12,961 nucleotides of DNA from an archaeon (lineage in GTDB: Archaea; AGJL01; Methanococci; Methanococcales; Methanocaldococcaceae). The DNA lies in NCBI GenBank assembly GCA_024278985.1, contig JAJRSC010000022.1:1-12961 (forward strand). Reading direction: 5' to 3'. Position numbers and translations under genes: made by a program. The notes under the pieces were generated by a model. It worked only from the letters and a program-made list of their open reading frames with translations. It made no database searches and was not told where the DNA came from. Below, piece by piece: positions 8,382 to 12,961 of this stretch (position 1 is the stretch's first letter; each line of letters starts with the position of its first letter).

Positions 8382-9875
8382 ATGAAGATTATAGGGGATA
8401 CTACTCCAAATAACTTTACCTTCATCTCAGAAGTACCTGTAGAATTTGGTGAGTATGTTATAGCTAAGAATGTTGATAATGAGGAAGTTTTGGCAATAGT
8501 AAAGGATGTTATTTATAGAGAAAAAACATATATTTGTAATGCCAAGGTTTTGGGAGTAATAAAGGATAAAAAAATATATATAAATAGAAAACCAATAAAT
8601 CCAGAGGAAGATGTAAAGTTATGTGATAATAACTTTTTAACATTATTATTTTTTAATAAAGATGGAATAAACTTAGGTAGTTTACTAACAAGAAGAAATG
8701 TAAGGGTATTTTTAGATACAAATAAATTTATATCAAGGCATTTTGCTATTTTATCTATAACTGGAGGAGGTAAATCAAATACTGTTTCAGTGTTATGTAA
8801 AGAATTAGCAAGAAAAAATGCTACTGTAATTATTATAGACCCTCATGGGGAATATTCAAATCTTTACCATATTGAACTTCAAGGTAAAGTTAATTCAATT
8901 CTTCCAAGTATTAACCCAGCATTTTTTAATTCTGATGAATTAGCTGAATTTTTAGGAATTAAAGAAAAAGAAAGTAAGATTTATTTAAAATATGCATATG
9001 ACACAATAAAATTGGAAAAAATAACTGGCTTAGATTTTTTAGAGAGAATGATAGATTTATTTTATGAGTGGATACAGGCAGCTGAAGTTGGTTGGGAAAT
9101 AAAATACTACAACATAAACAAAAGAAAATTTGAGGTAAGAAAGACAACAGAAAAAGATTTTGTAATATTATCAACACTTTACAATCTGTTAAATGAATTT
9201 TTAGAAAATTATTCTATATATATTAGTGAAAAAGATATTATTAGCCAAATAAAACCCAATCATATTAATGTTATTGACTTGTCTGGATTAGAGGTTCATC
9301 AAATGATTAGCTTAGTTGGATATATAGCTAAAGAGTTGTTATCTAAAAGAATTATATATTTAAAATCTTTAAAAGACATTAATCTAAAATGTGAAAAAAT
9401 AAAGAGTATAGCTATAAAAAACTTGGAAATTATTGAAAATAAATATAAAGTTGTAAAAAAGCCATTTTTATTAATTGTTGAAGAAGCTCATATATTTATT
9501 CCAAGAAATTCTGAGAATAATGCATCTTTTTGGTTGGGTAAAATAGCAAGAGAAGGAAGAAAATTTGGAGTTGGTTTAGGGTTAATTAGTCAAAGACCTA
9601 AACAACTAAATCCTGATGTTCTTTCTCAAACAGGAACTAAGATAGTATTAAGAATTGTTGAACCAGAAGACCAAAAATATATTATGAGTGTATCTGAGGA
9701 TATTGGTGAAGAACTTGCTAAAGATTTATCATCTTTAGATATTGGAGAAGCCCTTATATCAGGAATAGCAATTAATTTGCCTTCATTAGTTAAAATTGAT
9801 AAATTTGATGGTATTTATGGAGGAAAAGATATTGACTTTATAAAAGAATGGAGAGGGTTAGAGGGATGGAGGTAA
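8382..9875 (+). CDS. HerA/FtsK-superfamily ATPase (HAS barrel + DUF87), HerA-like helicase/translocase paralogue
   Basis: N-terminal beta-rich HAS-barrel-like region, [15 protein letters not shown] (Walker A), [16 protein letters not shown] (Walker B), [19 protein letters not shown] (Arg finger / QRP), LSQ and GEAL motifs. Confidence 0.9.
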   Translation: MKIIGDTTPNNFTFISEVPVEFGEYVIAKNVDNEEVLAIVKDVIYREKTYICNAKVLGVIKDKKIYINRKPINPEEDVKLCDNNFLTLLFFNKDGINLGSLLTRRNVRVFLDTNKFISRHFAILSITGGGKSNTVSVLCKELARKNATVIIIDPHGEYSNLYHIELQGKVNSILPSINPAFFNSDELAEFLGIKEKESKIYLKYAYDTIKLEKITGLDFLERMIDLFYEWIQAAEVGWEIKYYNINKRKFEVRKTTEKDFVILSTLYNLLNEFLENYSIYISEKDIISQIKPNHINVIDLSGLEVHQMISLVGYIAKELLSKRIIYLKSLKDINLKCEKIKSIAIKNLEIIENKYKVVKKPFLLIVEEAHIFIPRNSENNASFWLGKIAREGRKFGVGLGLISQRPKQLNPDVLSQTGTKIVLRIVEPEDQKYIMSVSEDIGEELAKDLSSLDIGEALISGIAINLPSLVKIDKFDGIYGGKDIDFIKEWRGLEGWR

Positions 9876-10219
9876 AATTTAGGGAAATAGATGGAGAAAA
9901 ACTAATTATTGCTATTGCAATGGATAGAGATAAAAATCTTTTGATGGTTGCTTTTATGAATGAAGAAGCTTTAACAAAAACCCTTGAAACAGGATATATG
10001 CACTATTATTCAACAAGTAGAAAAAAATTATGGAAAAAAGGAGAAGAAAGTGGAAACTATCAGAAAGTTTTAGAGATTTATGGAGATTGTGATAAAGATT
10101 GTTTATTATTTATAGTTGAACAAAAAGGTGTAGCCTGTCATGAAGGATATTATTCCTGCCTTCACTATAAATTAGAAAATGGAAAATGGATAATAAAAGA
10201 GATTTTTAAAAAAAGGTGA
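9866..10219 (+). CDS. hisI: Phosphoribosyl-AMP cyclohydrolase
   Basis: [30 protein letters not shown], DCDxD and ACHEGYYSC metal-binding motifs. ATG 9866 is preferred over 9848 because GAGGG (9853-9857) precedes it; it overlaps the ATPase 3' end. Confidence 0.94.
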   Translation: MEVKFREIDGEKLIIAIAMDRDKNLLMVAFMNEEALTKTLETGYMHYYSTSRKKLWKKGEESGNYQKVLEIYGDCDKDCLLFIVEQKGVACHEGYYSCLHYKLENGKWIIKEIFKKR

Positions 10220-10225
10220 TATTTT

Positions 10226-11326
10226 TTGAATGTTGAAGAAGAAATAAGAAGAATTGAAGAAGAATTAAAAAACACTCCTTACAATAAAGCAACACAAAAA
10301 CATATTGCTAAATTAAAAGCCAAACTTGCAAAATTAAGGGAAAAAGCTCAAAGTAAGAGAGGGGGAGGAGGAAAAGGGTATGCTGTAAAGAAAAGTGGAG
10401 ATGCTACTGTTGCATTAGTTGGATTTCCATCTGTTGGAAAATCTACATTACTCAACAAACTAACAAATGCTGAGTCAGAAGTCGGAGCATATGCTTTTAC
10501 TACCTTAACAATTGTTCCTGGAATTTTAGAATATAAAGGAGCTAAAATTCAAATATTAGATGCTCCTGGATTAATAGAAGGGGCTTCTTCAGGGAAAGGT
10601 AGAGGTACTGAAGTTTTAGCAGCAGTTAGAAGTGCAGACCTTATACTTTTAACAGTTGATATATTTAGTTTAGAACACCTTCCAATTATTGAGAAGGAAC
10701 TTTACAATGTAGGGATAAGATTAGATAAGAAAAAACCAGATGTTAAGATAGTTGTTAAGGATAGAGGGGGAATTAATGTTTCTTCAACTGTTCCATTAAC
10801 AAAATTAGATAAGGGAACTATTGAGGCAATATTAAATGAGTATAAAATTCATAATGCTGATGTAGTTATTAGAGAGGATATTTCAGTAGAGGAATTTATT
10901 GATGTTGTTGCTGGAAATAGAGTTTATATTCCTTCTTTAGTAGTAGTAAATAAGATAGATTTAGCTGATGAAGAATATAAAAAATATATTGAAGAGAAAC
11001 TTAAAGAATTTGGAAAAGATTATGTTCTTGTTTCAGGAAATAAAGAGATTAATTTAGATTTATTAAAAGAAAAAATTTATCAAAAACTTGGATTCATAAA
11101 GATTTATTTAAAACCTCAAGGAAAAAAACCAGACTTTGATGAACCATTAATTATGAGAAAAGGAGCCACTGTAAAAGATGTTTGTGAGAAACTACATAAG
11201 GATTTTGTTAAAAATTTCAGATATGCCTTAGTATGGGGAAAATCTGCAAAACATCCTGGGCAAAGAGTTGGATTAGACCATAAATTAGAGGATGAAGATA
11301 TTTTAACAATAGTTATAAAGAGATAA
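10226..11326 (+). CDS. drg: DRG/OBG-family GTP-binding protein with C-terminal TGS domain
   Basis: TPYNKATQKHIAKLKAKLAKL N-terminus, G1 GFPSVGKS, G2 YAFTT, G3 DAPG, G4 NKID, and TGS domain VWGKSAKHPGQRVGLDHKLEDED. TTG start after GGTGAT (10215-10220). Confidence 0.95.
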   Translation: MNVEEEIRRIEEELKNTPYNKATQKHIAKLKAKLAKLREKAQSKRGGGGKGYAVKKSGDATVALVGFPSVGKSTLLNKLTNAESEVGAYAFTTLTIVPGILEYKGAKIQILDAPGLIEGASSGKGRGTEVLAAVRSADLILLTVDIFSLEHLPIIEKELYNVGIRLDKKKPDVKIVVKDRGGINVSSTVPLTKLDKGTIEAILNEYKIHNADVVIREDISVEEFIDVVAGNRVYIPSLVVVNKIDLADEEYKKYIEEKLKEFGKDYVLVSGNKEINLDLLKEKIYQKLGFIKIYLKPQGKKPDFDEPLIMRKGATVKDVCEKLHKDFVKNFRYALVWGKSAKHPGQRVGLDHKLEDEDILTIVIKR

Positions 11327-11359
11327 GTAGGAACTAAAAAAATTAATTTTTGTGATATA

Positions 11360-12343
11360 ATGATTTTAGGTTTAGATATTGGTGGAGCAAATACAAAAAT
11401 AACAGTTTTGGATAATAATTATTATAAGATATTTAATATTTATCTACCATTTTGGAAAGAAAAAGAAAAAGTAATTCCTATTTTAAAAGAAATAAAAGAA
11501 GAATATAATCCTGAATATGTTGGTTTGGTTTTTACAGCTGAATTGGCTGATTGTTATAAAAGTAAAAAGGAGGGTGTTGAAGATATCATAAAAAAAGTAT
11601 GTTCTGTTTTTAATAACATCTATATATTAGATGTAAATGGAAATTTTTTATCTCCTTCTGAGGCTATAAAAAATTATCTCTCTGTTTCTGCCTCTAATTG
11701 GGTTGCATCAGCAAAGTTTATTTTAGATAATATAAATAAAGAGTGTGTATTTATTGATATGGGTTCAACAACAACTGATATAATCCCAATAAAAAATAAA
11801 ATTTTAGCATGTAAAACAGATTTTGAAAGATTAATGGAAAATCAACTATTATATGTAGGAACTTTAAGAACCCCACTATCTTTTTTAGCCAATAAAATTA
11901 AATTTAATGGTAGATTAATAAATGTATCATCAGAATACTTCTCTATAACCGCAGATTTATCAATAATATTTAATAAAATTTCTCCTGATAAATATACTTG
12001 TGATACTCCAGATAATGGAGGAAAAGATTTAGAAAGTTGTTTATTAAGGGTTGCAAGAGTGGTATGTGCTGATAGAGAAATTCTAAAAGATGATGATATA
12101 ATAGAAATAGCAAGATATTTTTATAATTCTTTATTAAACTTAATAAAAAATGAAGTTGAAACTATAAAAGAAAGATATAATTTAAATGATATTGTTATTA
12201 CTGGTTTGGGAGAAGAGATTTTAAAAGATATCTATCCAGAAAGTATTTCAATAAAGGAATTATATGGAGAAGATGTTTCTATATCATTTCCAAGTTTTGC
12301 AGTTGCTTCTCTTTTGGCCAAAGAAATTAATTATCCCTATTAA
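11360..12343 (+). CDS. mfnF: Methanofuran biosynthesis protein MfnF (hydantoinase/oxoprolinase ASKHA family; couples F1-PP with gamma-glutamyltyramine)
   Basis: GLDIGGANTK, TAELADCY, ASNW, DMGSTTTDIIP, LYVGTLRTP, SEYFSITAD, YTCDTPD and RVARVVCAD match the H4MPT-linked C1 pathway/MfnF family. GTGAT SD at 11352-11356. Confidence 0.88.
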   Translation: MILGLDIGGANTKITVLDNNYYKIFNIYLPFWKEKEKVIPILKEIKEEYNPEYVGLVFTAELADCYKSKKEGVEDIIKKVCSVFNNIYILDVNGNFLSPSEAIKNYLSVSASNWVASAKFILDNINKECVFIDMGSTTTDIIPIKNKILACKTDFERLMENQLLYVGTLRTPLSFLANKIKFNGRLINVSSEYFSITADLSIIFNKISPDKYTCDTPDNGGKDLESCLLRVARVVCADREILKDDDIIEIARYFYNSLLNLIKNEVETIKERYNLNDIVITGLGEEILKDIYPESISIKELYGEDVSISFPSFAVASLLAKEINYPY

Positions 12344-12961
12344 TTAATTAAATGCATTAATCTCATATTCAATAACTTCCTTTTTATTGTAAATTCCACT
12401 AATCTCCCCATCCATTGTTAAAGAATCTACTCCTCTAATAATTAACCTTCCTTTTCCATCTTTATTTAAAATTTCTTCAGCAACCCTATCATGTACAAAA
12501 GCCTTTCCAGGAATAATAACAGTATCTTTAAGTTCTTTTAAATTAACTTTTTCTAAATCTTTGGCTGTTATTAAATCTGCAATATCTTTATTTACTCTTA
12601 CTATATTAACCTCAGTATCTTCAAATATCTTTTTTAAAAATGGATATGAAACATTTCCAGTTATTATACTTGCTTCCCCTTCTACTTTATTTCTAAGAGT
12701 TTTTAAAATATTTTCTTCTTTTGCTATTGCAAATGGAGCATTGGTTTTAGGGTCATAAAGTGGTGTTCCTGTTACTCTTATTTTATCTCCAAATTCTTCA
12801 TATATCTCCTTAACAATATTTTTAAATTCTTCTAAAGTATGAACTTTAATTCCTTCTATTAGTGGAGCATTTCCTAAAATTAATCCTTGTTCTTCAGTAT
12901 TTGCAAATCTCATTAATATAACTGCTTTAGCCCCCCATTCAACTAAATCATTAATAGTTCT
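12344..12961 (-). CDS. mmp10: Methanogenesis marker protein 10, cobalamin-dependent radical SAM methyl-coenzyme M reductase arginine methyltransferase (3' part; begins beyond the right edge)
   Basis: Frame is open to the window end ([33 protein letters not shown]...TGTPLYDP...KDIADLIT...IPGKAFVHD...LTMDGEIS). These motifs match the recalled Mmp10 C-terminal region. The radical SAM Cys motif is outside the window. Confidence 0.87.
   Translation of the reverse strand, partial: RTINDLVEWGAKAVILMRFANTEEQGLILGNAPLIEGIKVHTLEEFKNIVKEIYEEFGDKIRVTGTPLYDPKTNAPFAIAKEENILKTLRNKVEGEASIITGNVSYPFLKKIFEDTEVNIVRVNKDIADLITAKDLEKVNLKELKDTVIIPGKAFVHDRVAEEILNKDGKGRLIIRGVDSLTMDGEISGIYNKKEVIEYEINAFN

Noticed and set aside
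8959-9177. 72-aa antisense ORF within the HerA-like gene
   Set aside because: Shadow ORF with hydrophobic antisense composition and no supporting signals.
1123-9875. Wadjet/Lamassu-like or other SMC-based defence island (SMC + TatD + TPR + HerA)
   Set aside because: The SMC is a canonical hinge-containing condensin subunit. No JetA/B/D or effector genes are present, core genes (mptG, hisI) are interleaved, and there is no compositional shift or mobility gene.
10085-10102. Extra Cys in the HisI motif (DCDKDC instead of DCDxDA)
   Set aside because: Single substitution at a variable position; the essential Asp/Cys/His residues are intact.
11338-11351. 14-bp palindrome AAAAATTAATTTTT between drg and mfnF
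   Set aside because: AT-only and plausible by chance. It could be a weak T-tract terminator or a binding site, but the sequence alone cannot support this.
12561-12758. 65-aa plus-strand ORF
   Set aside because: Antisense shadow of mmp10.
1-12961. tRNA/rRNA/structured ncRNA, CRISPR array, IS element or intein
   Set aside because: No GC-rich island, no spaced repeats and no transposase/integrase. Protein lengths leave no room for inteins, and nearly all bases are coding.

Overview
Very AT-rich, gene-dense chromosomal segment from a methanogenic archaeon. Gene content, GGTGA-type Shine-Dalgarno sites and strong CG avoidance point to Methanococcales, probably Methanocaldococcus-like (inference from recalled homologues; no search was run). 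The left end holds the 5' part of a long-form acetyl-CoA synthase gene (cdhC/acsB, minus strand, absent from the ORF track because its stop lies outside the window). It is divergent from an ~11.2 kb tightly packed plus-strand run: smc (split by a single -1 frameshift near 3800), gamma-glutamylcyclotransferase-family protein, TatD-like metallohydrolase, beta-RFA-P synthase (mptG), TPR protein, HerA/DUF87 ATPase, hisI, DRG GTPase and mfnF. This run converges on the 3' part of mmp10 (MCR arginine methyltransferase). I found no RNA gene, CRISPR array, mobile element or intein. The most notable points are the smc frameshift, an apparent premature TAA in mmp10 whose conserved-looking tail continues antisense into mfnF, and a NurA-less HerA paralogue coupled to a TPR protein. 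The region is mostly core housekeeping and methanogenesis DNA, and I cannot support a clearly new system beyond these hypotheses.
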